Shown here: positions 20,175 through 31,133 of the stretch, piece by piece
How positions within the stretch are numbered: the first letter of the stretch is position 1
Layout of the letters: each line of letters begins with the position of its first letter
Assembly: GCA_022763185.1 (NCBI GenBank)
Contig: JALEGL010000008.1
Coordinates: forward strand, 67,012-131,011
DNA length: 64,000 bases
Source: a bacterium
GTDB taxonomy: Bacteria > Bdellovibrionota_G > JALEGL01
Direction: 5' to 3'
Made by a program: the position numbers and the translations under genes
Notes under the pieces: model-generated
Databases searched by the model: none
Seen by the model: the letters and a program-made list of their open reading frames with translations, nothing else
Told to the model about the DNA's origin: nothing

Positions 20175-21542
20175 TCAAGAACGATTTTTTGCAAATAAAA
20201 GCCCCAAAGCAAAAGCTAGCGTTGAGGATAAAACAATAGTCCATGACCAAGCCAAAGCCGGTTTGATGTAAAAATTGGCAAATACAGTGCTAAAAAAACC
20301 ACCCAACAAAGCTGAGATAATCATGCTGGTGTTAACCGGACGTTTTAGAAAAACAAATAAACTTAAAATACCTATGAGGCCACCATTAATATAGTTCATA
20401 GATCCCATAGCTAAGCTTAAAAAATCTTTGGCGTGTTGATTGATTTGAATAAACAGTAGAGCAAAGCCCAACAAGCAAAGCAAAGATAAAAATGACCAGT
20501 ATTGGCCTGAGCGTTCACTGCTAAAGATAGATTTCCAAATGGCGCCTGTTGAATTGATGGCAGAATCTAAAGTGGACATGGCCGCAGCAAAAACCAAAAC
20601 TGTAAAAGAACCAAGAAACAGTGGGTTGTTGATGGTCATCATATAACTGACCAAAGGTGACTTTGCATCTAAGCCATGTAAGTTGGATTGTTTGAGTAAA
20701 ATACCCACCGTCAAATAAAGAACAATAACCAAAGTGGCGCCCACACCAGATAACACCATGGCTTTTTGTGCTTCAGGCAGGCTTTTTACGGCCAGGACGC
20801 GTTGATTTAGGTCTTGATCAGCACCATGACTGCCAATGGGAATGAATATTCCACCAATCAGTAAAGAGATAAAGTATAGAGCATTGTGGTGATTGGCTTG
20901 GGTATTAATCCAAGAGCTTTGAGCAAACCAATCTTCAACAGTGTAATGTTGAGTAAAGTGAATGCAGAGGAAAAACCCCATCAAAAGAATGATGTACGCT
21001 TGGATTTGATCGGTAAAAATAACAGCTTGTAGTCCACCCAACAAACTATAGAGACCCACAATGAAAGTGATCATAATTAAGCATGTTCCGATGGGTATAT
21101 TCAACAACTGGTTAAGAGCATAGCCAGCCATAAAAAAGCGAACACCGCTGGAGATGAATTTTGCTAACAAATATGCAGCACTGAGAACTTTTTTAGCATT
21201 TGCATTGTTACCACAGATGGTCTGATAAATAGAAAGTTTGTGGGGTTCATAAAGTTTTTGCAGGTAAAAGTAAGCGACCAACCAACGGCCAATAATATAG
21301 CCCATGCCTAACCAAGCCAGTTGATAACTCGAACTCATCCCCACAGCTGGAAAAATTAAAATGGTAGCAACCGAGGTTTCAGTGGCTACAACAGACAACA
21401 CTGAAGGAACAAGGCCAATGTTTCTATTGGCGAGAAAGTAACTTTTATCTGTTGTCTGTTTGGTTTTTTTTATGAAAAAAAAACCAGAAAACAATATCAA
21501 AAAGTAAACAACAAGAGGCGTAAAAAATAATACTTGTCCCAT
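20175..21542 (-). CDS. Sodium:solute symporter (SSS) family transporter
   Basis: YFLANR, SVVATETS, GGLQAVIFTDQIQ, GADQDLNQRVLA, AAAMSTLDSAINS; many TM helices. Confidence 0.92.
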   Translation of the reverse strand: MGQVLFFTPLVVYFLILFSGFFFIKKTKQTTDKSYFLANRNIGLVPSVLSVVATETSVATILIFPAVGMSSSYQLAWLGMGYIIGRWLVAYFYLQKLYEPHKLSIYQTICGNNANAKKVLSAAYLLAKFISSGVRFFMAGYALNQLLNIPIGTCLIMITFIVGLYSLLGGLQAVIFTDQIQAYIILLMGFFLCIHFTQHYTVEDWFAQSSWINTQANHHNALYFISLLIGGIFIPIGSHGADQDLNQRVLAVKSLPEAQKAMVLSGVGATLVIVLYLTVGILLKQSNLHGLDAKSPLVSYMMTINNPLFLGSFTVLVFAAAMSTLDSAINSTGAIWKSIFSSERSGQYWSFLSLLCLLGFALLFIQINQHAKDFLSLAMGSMNYINGGLIGILSLFVFLKRPVNTSMIISALLGGFFSTVFANFYIKPALAWSWTIVLSSTLAFALGLLFAKNRS

Positions 21543-21583
21543 TAAACTTAAAAATACTGAATTACTTGGTTGTTTTTATCGCT

Positions 21584-22222
21584 TTAGTTTGTAGGCTTGT
21601 ATTTCACAGAGCAGCCAATGGCTCTGGTGCTAGCGATTTCACTCTCAATGGTTTTACCTTTAAAAATACGATTGAATAAAACATCTTTTAAGTACTTATG
21701 CTCAGCGCTTTTAATAGAAGAAGCTTTAAGTGAATTAGCATTTTTGCCACCATCAACACCTCCTTGATAAATTAGCTTACCCTCTGGATCAATAATAAAT
21801 ATATGGGGGGTAGCACTGGCACCGAAGGCTTTGCCTATTTCGCCTGATTCATCAATGATAAACGCATCGGCATTGGAGTCAAAATCAGACATGATTTTTT
21901 TTGCTTCATCGTTACTAAAGTAAGCGGGGTGTTTTTTGTACGAAGAACTTATACTGAGCCAGACAAGCGGGTGTTTTTTATCAGACTTGGCTTCTTTTTG
22001 AATATTGGGCAAATTTTTGCTGTTATAATGTTTTTTAACATAGGGGCAGCTAGGGTTAAACCATTCTAAAACAATGTATTTACCTTTTAAGTTCTCTAGA
22101 CTGTAGGTTTTACCATCGTGACCTATGGCAGAAAAAGCTGGCGCTTTCTGGCCAATATTGGCAGCAAAACTCAATGAACATAAAGCAATGACAGTAAAAA
22201 GTATATTCTTGATTGTAGACAT
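21584..22222 (-). CDS. Periplasmic redoxin (AhpC/TSA, peroxiredoxin-like), probable DsbD substrate
   Basis: Signal peptide, APAF, VLEWFNPSCPYVKKHY, ATPHIFIID, C-terminal GCSVKY; downstream of dsbD. Confidence 0.85.
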   Translation of the reverse strand: MSTIKNILFTVIALCSLSFAANIGQKAPAFSAIGHDGKTYSLENLKGKYIVLEWFNPSCPYVKKHYNSKNLPNIQKEAKSDKKHPLVWLSISSSYKKHPAYFSNDEAKKIMSDFDSNADAFIIDESGEIGKAFGASATPHIFIIDPEGKLIYQGGVDGGKNANSLKASSIKSAEHKYLKDVLFNRIFKGKTIESEIASTRAIGCSVKYKPTN

Positions 22223-22259
22223 GATTCTAATCCTCCCAAAAGTTTTGTTCAGTTGTATC

Positions 22260-24368
22260 TTATTTTGTCAGTCTGTCCATAAAAACTTTGGGTGTAAGAA
22301 TCTCTGGTAAAACAATAGGATTTTGCCCTTGATGGTAATAAATATACAAAGGAACACTGGCCCGGTTAAAACGCTTTAAAAAATCTGTAATGCTTGCGTC
22401 ATAGTGAGTCCAGTCAGCTTTAATCATCACAATATTGTTGGTTTCAACAAAGTCTAAAACATTTTTATTATTGAAGGTGATGCTCTCATTGACTTTACAC
22501 GTTACACACCAATCGGCTGTGAAATCAATGAATACATGATGTTTTTGTTCAAGATGATTTTGTAGAGTTTGCGGAGAAAAATCAAGCCATAAACCAGAAT
22601 ACTTTTGCGATGCACTTGTTTTATCAACGACTGTATCAGGCAAACATTTGTTTAAAGCAAAGATGCCAATGCTTAAATTAAATATAAGAATAAAATATAG
22701 AAAAACTTTTGATAAAGTGCGCTTAAATTTTAAGATAAATATAACACTGGCAAAAAATAAAAGTGAAAACAGAAGCCAGAACATATGATTGATCGATTGC
22801 AGCTGGCCATAAAGCCAGGAAAGCCAAAGTAGAGTAGCCAACATGGGGAAAAATAAAATATGTTTAAATGTATTCAACCAGGGTCCGCTTTTGGGAAGGC
22901 TAGGGATGTGTTTTGGAAAAAAGAAGATGTAGAGATAGGGTAGGGTAAATCCAAGACCCAAAAATAGAAAAATAACTAAAATATAAACCATAGTTTGAGT
23001 GAGAGCATAGCCCAAAGAGACGCCCATAAATGGAGCTGAACAAGGTGAAGCCAAGAGAACTGCAAGAAAACCTGTAAAAAAAGATTGTGACTTCTTAACC
23101 CCACTGAGTTGTTGATTGAGCTTTGATAAACCTGGAAGTTCAATATGAATTAAATCAACAAAGCTCAAGGCTAAGATTAAAAATACAAAAGAGAGTGTTA
23201 AAATAAACCATGGAGATTGAAGTTGAAACCCCCAGCCAAGAGAAAGCCCCATTTGTTTTAAGGCAACAATGCATAAAGCTATGCTTTGAAAACAAGTAAT
23301 ACAGCCAACAATAAACAGTCCGGCATCTTTACGAATGTCTTTATACGAGTTTTTCTGATGATGAACCAATGAAATAAGTTTTAAGGAAATAATGGGAAAT
23401 ACACAGGGCATTAGGTTTAAAATGGCACCTCCTATAAAAGCAAAAATAATCATCAACCATAAAGAAGGAGCGTCTTTATTCGACTGAGATTCTGATAAAA
23501 TTTGAGTCGTTTGAAGTGCTGGCTCTGACCCTTCAGTATTAACCAAAAAATAGTGGTGAGTGTTTTCGGTGTGAATTAAGAGCAGCCCTTTGATGCTATC
23601 AACATCAAGGGCTTGAGTTTTTTCAAACTCAAGGCTTAAGTTTTGTTGTTCAGCCGTAACTTTAGGTTTTTTGTAAGAAAGAATAGAAGGTTCTTCAACT
23701 AAAAAATCATAATCTTTAATATTCAGCTTTGAAGTGGATTTTGGAAGAACCAAGTTAAGCTGAGTGCTTTGTTTTTGATCTTTTAAAGTATAGTTTTGAA
23801 TCGGTGTATTTGCTTGCTGCGTGTTAAAACGATTAAACGTGTTTTGAATATCCTGGTTGACCGTCAGTGAAGAAGCATCAACAATATCAAGCTTAAGCTC
23901 AAACTGTCCAAACTCAGGAACACATTCTTCTTTACAAACCAGCCATTGAGCATCTAGCGTAATATCAAGAGGTGATTTAGCGTTATGTTCTGGGAGAAGC
24001 CTAATCGGAACAAGTAAAATAAGTTCATCTTTATAGGCAAAAGACGTCAGAGGAGGTGTGTCTATTCTTACTGGGGTAGGCCATTGAGTTTCATAAAACT
24101 CAAGCCCTTTTGCAGTAAACGTTAACGTTGCAGGAGCGCCGGAGTCTCCTGGGTTTTTCCAGTAAGTATGCCAGCCTTCATTGAGTTTTATCTGAAAAGC
24201 AAGGTGTGTTGATGGGGAATGATCAGAGATGGCTATATTATTATGTTGTGCGATGAGCCGAGCTTGACTGTGTGAAAAAGTTTTGAATTTTGATTGATTG
24301 GGGGCTTGAGCAAAACCATAGGTATGAAAAAAGAACAATCCCAAACAGGCAAATAAAAAATTTTTCAT
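22260..24368 (-). CDS. dsbD: Thiol:disulfide interchange protein, DsbD/ScsB family
   Basis: N-domain GWHTYWKNPGDSG and WLVCKEECVP, TM domain NLMPCVFP and ASPCSAP, thioredoxin domain FTADWCVTCK. Confidence 0.93.
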   Translation of the reverse strand: MKNFLFACLGLFFFHTYGFAQAPNQSKFKTFSHSQARLIAQHNNIAISDHSPSTHLAFQIKLNEGWHTYWKNPGDSGAPATLTFTAKGLEFYETQWPTPVRIDTPPLTSFAYKDELILLVPIRLLPEHNAKSPLDITLDAQWLVCKEECVPEFGQFELKLDIVDASSLTVNQDIQNTFNRFNTQQANTPIQNYTLKDQKQSTQLNLVLPKSTSKLNIKDYDFLVEEPSILSYKKPKVTAEQQNLSLEFEKTQALDVDSIKGLLLIHTENTHHYFLVNTEGSEPALQTTQILSESQSNKDAPSLWLMIIFAFIGGAILNLMPCVFPIISLKLISLVHHQKNSYKDIRKDAGLFIVGCITCFQSIALCIVALKQMGLSLGWGFQLQSPWFILTLSFVFLILALSFVDLIHIELPGLSKLNQQLSGVKKSQSFFTGFLAVLLASPCSAPFMGVSLGYALTQTMVYILVIFLFLGLGFTLPYLYIFFFPKHIPSLPKSGPWLNTFKHILFFPMLATLLWLSWLYGQLQSINHMFWLLFSLLFFASVIFILKFKRTLSKVFLYFILIFNLSIGIFALNKCLPDTVVDKTSASQKYSGLWLDFSPQTLQNHLEQKHHVFIDFTADWCVTCKVNESITFNNKNVLDFVETNNIVMIKADWTHYDASITDFLKRFNRASVPLYIYYHQGQNPIVLPEILTPKVFMDRLTK

Positions 24369-24507
24369 GCTCTGTTTTTATACAAAGCCAGCATAATGTC
24401 AAAAATCTTGTAATCATTTTCAATGGATAGTTGATTTTTTTATATTTCACCGTTATGGAAGCAAAATTACTGATATCACTTTAGTTCAATGTAAGGAGTT
24501 ATAAAAA

Positions 24508-26571
24508 ATGGATATGGAAACTTTGAAATTGGCAACCCCAGTTGCGGGTATTGCAGGTTTGGTGGTTGCATTTTTGATATATTTAAATATCAAAAGTAGA
24601 GCAACTGGTACAGATAGAATGAAAGAAATTGCTTTAGCCATTGAAGATGGTGCCATGGCATTTTTAAAACGTGAATATCAAATTTTAACTGGTTTTGTCA
24701 TCATTGTTGCGGCATTGATGGCTTGGAAACTGGATGTTAATACAGCCATAGCTTTTATATTTGGTGCCTTATGTTCTGTATTTGCAGGTTTCTTTGGGAT
24801 GAAATCTGCCACCAAATCCAATGTCAGAACAACAGCTGCAGCAAAAGATCAAGGTCAAGCAGCAGCTTTGAGTGTAGCCTTCTTAGGCGGCTCAGTGATG
24901 GGCCTATCCGTGGCTTCTTTAGGCTTGTTAGGTGTGGGTATTTTATTTTGGATGTACGGCAGTCCTGAAACTGCGCAAGTGATCAATGGTTTTTCCATGG
25001 GCGCCAGCTCCATTGCTCTTTTTGCACGTGTAGGTGGCGGTATTTATACCAAAGCTGCAGATGTTGGAGCTGACCTTGTAGGTAAAGTTGAAGCGGGTAT
25101 TCCTGAAGATGATCCAAGAAACCCTGGCGTTATTGCTGATAATGTTGGTGATAATGTTGGCGATGTAGCCGGTATGGGTGCTGATATTTTTGAATCCTAT
25201 GTTGGATCTATCATTGCTACAATAGCTTTGGGTGCCACTGTTGTTGGTACGGCATTGGTAAGCTTGGGTGATGGCAGTGGTGTTGAAGAAAGTGTTTTAA
25301 GGTCTGCATTGATGGGCTTACCACTTATGTTAGCTTTAGCTGGCCTGGGTGCTTCACTGGTAGGAATTGCTTCTATTAAAGTGTTAAAAGATTCTGATCC
25401 AGCCAAAGCTTTACGTTATTCAACTTTTATTGCGGCGGGTTTATTTTTATTGGCCAGTTACTTTATTGTTAACTGCCTTCCAATCAGCAACGGTTTGTTT
25501 TACGCCATTTTGGTGGGAACCATTGCCGGAACCTGCATTGGTTTGGTTACTGAATATTATACTAGTGCTGCACCAGTACGTAGAATTGCTAAAGCTTCTC
25601 AAACAGGAGCAGCTACAAATATTATTGCAGGTCTTGCCGTTGGTTTAGAAAGCTGTGTGATGCCCATCATTATGATTGCCATTGCCATCTTTTTTGCCAA
25701 TAGTTTGGGCGGTTTGTACGGAATTGCTCTAGCAGCTGTCGGTATGCTAGCAACCGTGGGTGTAACCATGTCTGTGGATGCCTATGGTCCTATTGCCGAT
25801 AACGCAGGAGGAATTTCTGAAATGAGCGGTTTGGGTGAAGACGTCAGAAAAATCACAGATGGTTTGGATGCTTTGGGCAACACAACAGCTGCTGTAGGTA
25901 AAGGTTTTGCCATTGGTTCTGCTGCTTTGACTGCCTTAGCTTTGTTTGCAGCTTATACACAAGGGATAGATTATGTCAGAGCCATGCGAGGAGACAGTGC
26001 CATTGTGATTGCCATCACTGATGCTAAAGTTGTGATTGGTTTATTGCTGGGTGGTGTTTTACCTTTCTTTGTTGGTGCTTATACCATGACCAGTGTGGGT
26101 AGAGCTGCCGGATATATGGTAGATGAAATCAGACGCCAGTTTAGAGAAATCCCTGGATTGCTTGAAGGTAAAGAAGGCGTTAAACCTGATTCAGCCCGCT
26201 GTGTGGAAATTTCAACCAGTGCTGCATTAAAAGAAATGGTTGTCCCTGGTCTTGTGGCCGTTGTATCTCCTGTTGTCATTGGTTTTGGTTTAGGTGCAGA
26301 GGCTTTAGGTGGAACTTTGGCGGGTGCAACTGTAACCGGTGTATTGATGGCTTTGTTTATGTCCAATGGCGGTGGTGCTTGGGATAATGCCAAAAAAGCC
26401 ATTGAAAATGGTGAAATAGAAGGCGAGAGCAAAGGCTCTGAAGCTCATAAAGCAACTGTAGTTGGTGACACAGTGGGTGATCCATTCAAAGATACCAGCG
26501 GACCATCAATGAACATCTTGATTAAATTGATGTCTATTGTGTCTTTGGTGATTGCTCCGATGATCGCATAG
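24508..26571 (+). CDS. hppA: Membrane-bound pyrophosphatase, K+-dependent, probably Na+-translocating
   Basis: [50 protein letters not shown] (Ala form = K+-dependent) and GADIFESY. Confidence 0.95.
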   Translation: MDMETLKLATPVAGIAGLVVAFLIYLNIKSRATGTDRMKEIALAIEDGAMAFLKREYQILTGFVIIVAALMAWKLDVNTAIAFIFGALCSVFAGFFGMKSATKSNVRTTAAAKDQGQAAALSVAFLGGSVMGLSVASLGLLGVGILFWMYGSPETAQVINGFSMGASSIALFARVGGGIYTKAADVGADLVGKVEAGIPEDDPRNPGVIADNVGDNVGDVAGMGADIFESYVGSIIATIALGATVVGTALVSLGDGSGVEESVLRSALMGLPLMLALAGLGASLVGIASIKVLKDSDPAKALRYSTFIAAGLFLLASYFIVNCLPISNGLFYAILVGTIAGTCIGLVTEYYTSAAPVRRIAKASQTGAATNIIAGLAVGLESCVMPIIMIAIAIFFANSLGGLYGIALAAVGMLATVGVTMSVDAYGPIADNAGGISEMSGLGEDVRKITDGLDALGNTTAAVGKGFAIGSAALTALALFAAYTQGIDYVRAMRGDSAIVIAITDAKVVIGLLLGGVLPFFVGAYTMTSVGRAAGYMVDEIRRQFREIPGLLEGKEGVKPDSARCVEISTSAALKEMVVPGLVAVVSPVVIGFGLGAEALGGTLAGATVTGVLMALFMSNGGGAWDNAKKAIENGEIEGESKGSEAHKATVVGDTVGDPFKDTSGPSMNILIKLMSIVSLVIAPMIA

Positions 26572-26601
26572 TATTTATTTCTGGGTATCGATATACAGCT
26601 C

Positions 26602-26638
26602 AAAAAGAGCGGTAGTCTTTTGGACACCGCTCTTTTTT
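26602..26638 (+). terminator. Rho-independent terminator of hppA
   Basis: AAAAAGAGCGGT...ACCGCTCTTTTTT stem with T tract, 30 nt after the stop. Confidence 0.88.
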
Positions 26639-26810
26639 ATTTTGTAAGACTGTTTAAAATCAAAAAATAATCCTACTGTTTAGAAAAAAATTTAATTTTT
26701 GCAGCTTTATCATTGGGGTAGATTTCTAAAATTTAAGCCTTGAATCTGCCAATAATTCTATGCTATGTAAAATCAATTCTAGATTTGTTCATCTTTGTTT
26801 TGGGGGAAAC

Positions 26811-27806
26811 ATGAGAAATATTTTATATTGTTTGGTTATATTATTTTCACCGTATTTATTTGCGCAAAAAATCATAATAAATTTGTATCCAGAGTTACAT
26901 GGTGTTGGAAAATGTCCAGAGCAAACTGAAAAGTTAAAAACACTTACTATTTTAAGTGATAATTTTTATTTAGGTTTAGAAAATCAGCTTGCTTATGATG
27001 GACAAAGCTTAAATCCTTTTGGACTTGAGTCACCAAGAATTTATGCACCCGGGCATTATTTTTTACAGATGGTTAGAGCCTATTTACATCAAGCCAATAT
27101 GCTTTATTATGCTAAAGGAAATCCAGTTCCAAACTTTAATCAAAAAGTTTATGTTAGTCTAAGAAATGCTTTAGGCAGCATGCTAAGCATGTTTTTCACT
27201 ATGGAAAATTACAACAGATATATTCCAGAGGTTGATGAAATAGTGATAAATGATAATGAAATGCTTCATGATTTGGAACAAGTAAAAACTGTTCACTCTC
27301 AAGTTGATACTGCATTAAAAAACAATAATTTAACGGTTGTAGCTAATTTGAACCCAATCAATACTGCTATGACCAATTATTTGAATTATTTCTATCAAGA
27401 TAAAAAAGCCGCCGTAATGGCCATTGTTGATGATCCAGGGCTTGCACAAGCAAAAAAAGAATACAGTATCGCCAGCAATGAAGAGATAAAAGCACAGCGA
27501 GATAGCTTAATTAATTTTAAAGGTAATCAAATCGATTACATTGACCGTATACATCCTCAACTGATTGAAGAATACATTGAATACAGCCTAATCAACAAAA
27601 ACTACATGTTTCTTGATAATATCTATGACTACATACAAGAAAATAGTATTGAAACTTCTGATACACTTTCTGTAATTGTGGGTAAAAACCATGTTTTTGG
27701 CATGCAGCGCTTGGTGCAGCTTATTCCTAGGTTTAATGAAGCTTTCGAACTCGAAGTGCAAGAGGACTGTGCCAGCATTGAAGACTTTGATCCGTTTAAA
27801 CGATAA
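26811..27806 (+). CDS. Hypothetical secreted protein with EreA/ChaN/TraB-like motif set (ORF track start 26760; 26811 preferred)
   Basis: GGGGGA SD before ATG 26811, signal peptide YLFA|Q, then ELHG, LGLEN and C-terminal VIVGKNH. Confidence 0.65.
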   Translation: MRNILYCLVILFSPYLFAQKIIINLYPELHGVGKCPEQTEKLKTLTILSDNFYLGLENQLAYDGQSLNPFGLESPRIYAPGHYFLQMVRAYLHQANMLYYAKGNPVPNFNQKVYVSLRNALGSMLSMFFTMENYNRYIPEVDEIVINDNEMLHDLEQVKTVHSQVDTALKNNNLTVVANLNPINTAMTNYLNYFYQDKKAAVMAIVDDPGLAQAKKEYSIASNEEIKAQRDSLINFKGNQIDYIDRIHPQLIEEYIEYSLINKNYMFLDNIYDYIQENSIETSDTLSVIVGKNHVFGMQRLVQLIPRFNEAFELEVQEDCASIEDFDPFKR

Positions 27807-27843
27807 GTTCTCCATTGAAGGTTTTGCAATGTTTATTAAAATG

Positions 27844-27878
27844 AACAAGGCTTGTGTTTTGTGTGTGCAAGCCTTGTT
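27844..27878. terminator. Inverted repeat between convergent genes, possible bidirectional terminator
   Basis: AACAAGGCTTG-13 nt-CAAGCCTTGTT; no clear T tract. Confidence 0.5.
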
Positions 27879-27920
27879 ATAGTATGTTCAGTCCAGCCAA
27901 ACTTAAGCTAAGCATGGCCC

Positions 27921-28340
27921 TTAGCTTGGCTGATTTTGCGCATAAGATTGAATGGTTTTAACCATAGAATAAAAGCCATTGCGTCGTATGGGGCTGAGGT
28001 GACTTTCTAAACCAAGCTTTTTGAAAATGTTTTCAATATCGGTTTGAGCTATATCCTGTGGAGACTGACTATTGTATATGGCCATGAGTAAGGCAACTAA
28101 ACCTTTCACGATAATTGCGTCGCTGTCTGCATGGAAATATATAGCATCAGGTGTGGTTTTATCTTCATCAATGGCAAGCCAGACATTGCTCATGCAGCCT
28201 TCAACTTTGTATTGATCGGTTTTGTATTGGTCATCAATAGCAGGCATTTTTTTGGCGAGTTCAATGATATAAGTGTACTTGTCTTCCCAGTCACTCATAA
28301 ATTCAAAGTCTTCTAAAATATTTTTTATTTCTGCTTTCAT
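27921..28340 (-). CDS. sufE: Fe-S cluster sulfur acceptor SufE family protein
   Basis: DWEDKYTYIIEL, KVEGCMSNVW (acceptor Cys), ADSDAIIVKGL, LGLESHLSPIRRNG. Confidence 0.95.
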   Translation of the reverse strand: MKAEIKNILEDFEFMSDWEDKYTYIIELAKKMPAIDDQYKTDQYKVEGCMSNVWLAIDEDKTTPDAIYFHADSDAIIVKGLVALLMAIYNSQSPQDIAQTDIENIFKKLGLESHLSPIRRNGFYSMVKTIQSYAQNQPS

Positions 28341-28355
28341 CGGGTTTACCTCTCA

Positions 28356-31133
28356 GTGAAAATGGTATACTCGGAACTTATGAAAATGTACACCTTTGCC
28401 GATATTGAAAAGAAATGGCAGCAGCACTGGCAAGAAAACAAGACCTTTAAAGCCCTTAATCCTGGGGATGCCGGCTTTGATGCCAATAAGCCTAAGTATT
28501 ATGTCTTAGATATGTTTCCGTACCCTTCTGGCAAAGGTTTACACGTTGGTCATCCTTTAGGTTACATTGCAACCGATATTGTTGCGCGTTACAAACGCAT
28601 GCAAGGCTTTAATGTTTTGCATCCCATGGGCTTTGATGCTTTTGGTTTGCCTGCGGAACAATATGCCATTGAAACAGGAACACATCCAGAGGTCACCACT
28701 CAAAAAAATATTGATAACATGCGCAGACAGCTTAAAGACTGTGCTTTAAGCTATGATTGGGATAGAGAGATCTCTACAACAGACCCAGAGTATTACAAGT
28801 GGACGCAATGGATTTTTTTACAATTGTTCAACAGCTACTTTGATGAGCAAGAGCAAAAAGCCAAACCTATAGAACATTTGATTGAAAATTTAAAGAAAGA
28901 CCCAAAGGTCAATTGGGATAGTTTAAATGAAGTTGAGCAAGAAAGCATTTTATCTCAATACCGCTTGGCCTATCAAGCAGAAGTGCCTGTCAATTGGTGC
29001 CCTGAGTTGGGTACTGTTTTAGCCAACGAAGAGGTCACCAATGAAGGCCGTTCTGAACGGGGCAATTATCCGGTTTACAAACGTCCACTCAAACAATGGA
29101 CCTTAAGAATCACCAAGTATGCCGATCGTCTGATTGATGATTTAGAGGCAGTTGATTGGCCCCTTGCCGTTAAAGAAATGCAAAAGAATTGGATTGGTAA
29201 AAGCACCGGTGCCCAAGTTAAGTTTTCCATAAATGATTTGGATGAAAGCATAGATGTGTTTACCACGCGGCCAGACACTCTGATGGGCTGTACATTTATG
29301 GTTTTGGCAGCTCAGCATCCTTTACTTAAAGAATTGGTTCCAAATGAAAAACAAGACCAGCTCAACAATTTTATTGAAGAGTGCGAAACTTTACAAGCCA
29401 ATACCGGCTATGATGAAGAAGATAAAAAAATAGGGATGTTTACTGGAGCCTACGCTATACATCCCATAACTGGAGATAATATTCCCATTTGGACCGCCAA
29501 TTATGTCTTAATGGATTATGGTACAGGTGCTGTTATGGCGGTGCCCGCACATGATGAAAGAGATTTTGCTTTTGCTAAACAATATGACATTGAAATTAAA
29601 CCTGTGGTTGAGCCAGATCAAGCATGGTTAAAAAAACATAAGCTTGCAAGTATTAAAGAGTATGAACAACAATGTTCTAAATTGGATGAATGCTACAGTG
29701 ATTATCATAAAGCGTTAAACTCAGCCTCAGAGCAATTGGATATCAATGGTTTAAGTTCACAAGATGCAAAAAATAAGATCATTGATTTTTTACACAACCA
29801 AGGCAAGGGCTTTAAAAAAATTCAATACAAATTAAGAGACTGGTTGTTTAGCAGACAACGTTATTGGGGTGAACCTTTCCCAGTCCTACACAAAGACAAT
29901 GACGTGAGTGTGGGGGTAGAAGAAAAAAATCTACCTGTAGTTTTACCCCCTTTAGAAGACTTTAGGCCAACCGGCGGTTTATCAGCAGATGAGGAACCAC
30001 AACCTTCATTGTCACGGGCAGAAAAAGCTTGGAAAGAAGTTGAAAAAAATGGAGTCCATTATCAACGTGAACTCAATACCATGCCTCAATGGGCAGGTTC
30101 TTGTTGGTACTATCTTCGCTTTTTAGACCCAAAAAATACAGAGCAGTTTGCAAGTGAAGAAGCTCAAAACTATTGGATGGGAGACAATGGCGTTGATTTA
30201 TATGTGGGTGGGGTAGAGCATGCCGTCTTACACTTATTGTATGCTCGCTTTTGGCATAAAGTGTTGTATGATTTAGGCCATGTCAAAACTAAAGAGCCAT
30301 TTGGTAAGCTGTTCAACCAAGGTTATATTCAGGCTTACTCTTATCAAGATGAACGCGGTATTTACGTCAATGCCCATGAAGTCAAAGAAGTGTCGAAAGA
30401 TCAGTTTGAGTATGAAGGCAATAGCGTCAAGCGTAACTTGGGTAAAATGGGTAAGTCGCTTAAAAACTCCATCAGTCCCGATGAGATGATAGAAAAATAT
30501 GGCTGCGATACCTTTAGATTGTATGAAATGTACTTGGGACCTTTGGATCAGTCGAAAGTCTGGGATACCGAAGCCATTGTTGGTGTGCATCGCTTTTTAC
30601 AAAAACTATGGCGCAATTTGGTCAATGAAGAAACCGGTGAATTAAAAATTGTACAAGAAGAGGCCAGTAAAGAGCTCAATATGCAATTGCATCAGTGCAT
30701 TAAAACCGTAACTGAATACATGGAAAACATGCGCTACAATGCAGCTATTGCCCAGATTATTCAGTTAAACAACAGTTTATCTTCACTGAGTACTGTGCCA
30801 CACAATATTGCCAAAGCCATGTTGCAAATGCTTGCCCCTATGGCCCCTCATATTTGTGAAGAGTTGTGGAGCATGATGGGCAATACAACAGAGTTAAGTC
30901 AAGAATCCTGGCCAAGCTACGATGAAGCTTTGATTGCATCACAAGCCATTGAGATTGTCATTCAGGTCAATGGTAAAAAGAAAAGCAGTATTATGGTAGA
31001 AAAAGATACCGATGCTGAAGTGATAAAAGAAAAAGCCCAAGCGGATGATAAGATTATTAAAAACTTACAAGGCAAAACCATTCGAAAAGTGATTTATGTT
31101 CCAGGACGTTTGGTGAATATTGTAGCCAATTGA
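28356..31133 (+). CDS. leuS: Leucine--tRNA ligase (true start probably 28380 or 28386)
   Basis: DMFPYPSGKGLHVGH (HIGH), GFDAFGLPAE, editing FTTRPDT and YGTGAVMAVPAHDERD, RDWLFSRQRYWG, GGVEHAVLHLLYARF, KMGKS. Confidence 0.98.
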   Translation: MKMVYSELMKMYTFADIEKKWQQHWQENKTFKALNPGDAGFDANKPKYYVLDMFPYPSGKGLHVGHPLGYIATDIVARYKRMQGFNVLHPMGFDAFGLPAEQYAIETGTHPEVTTQKNIDNMRRQLKDCALSYDWDREISTTDPEYYKWTQWIFLQLFNSYFDEQEQKAKPIEHLIENLKKDPKVNWDSLNEVEQESILSQYRLAYQAEVPVNWCPELGTVLANEEVTNEGRSERGNYPVYKRPLKQWTLRITKYADRLIDDLEAVDWPLAVKEMQKNWIGKSTGAQVKFSINDLDESIDVFTTRPDTLMGCTFMVLAAQHPLLKELVPNEKQDQLNNFIEECETLQANTGYDEEDKKIGMFTGAYAIHPITGDNIPIWTANYVLMDYGTGAVMAVPAHDERDFAFAKQYDIEIKPVVEPDQAWLKKHKLASIKEYEQQCSKLDECYSDYHKALNSASEQLDINGLSSQDAKNKIIDFLHNQGKGFKKIQYKLRDWLFSRQRYWGEPFPVLHKDNDVSVGVEEKNLPVVLPPLEDFRPTGGLSADEEPQPSLSRAEKAWKEVEKNGVHYQRELNTMPQWAGSCWYYLRFLDPKNTEQFASEEAQNYWMGDNGVDLYVGGVEHAVLHLLYARFWHKVLYDLGHVKTKEPFGKLFNQGYIQAYSYQDERGIYVNAHEVKEVSKDQFEYEGNSVKRNLGKMGKSLKNSISPDEMIEKYGCDTFRLYEMYLGPLDQSKVWDTEAIVGVHRFLQKLWRNLVNEETGELKIVQEEASKELNMQLHQCIKTVTEYMENMRYNAAIAQIIQLNNSLSSLSTVPHNIAKAMLQMLAPMAPHICEELWSMMGNTTELSQESWPSYDEALIASQAIEIVIQVNGKKKSSIMVEKDTDAEVIKEKAQADDKIIKNLQGKTIRKVIYVPGRLVNIVAN

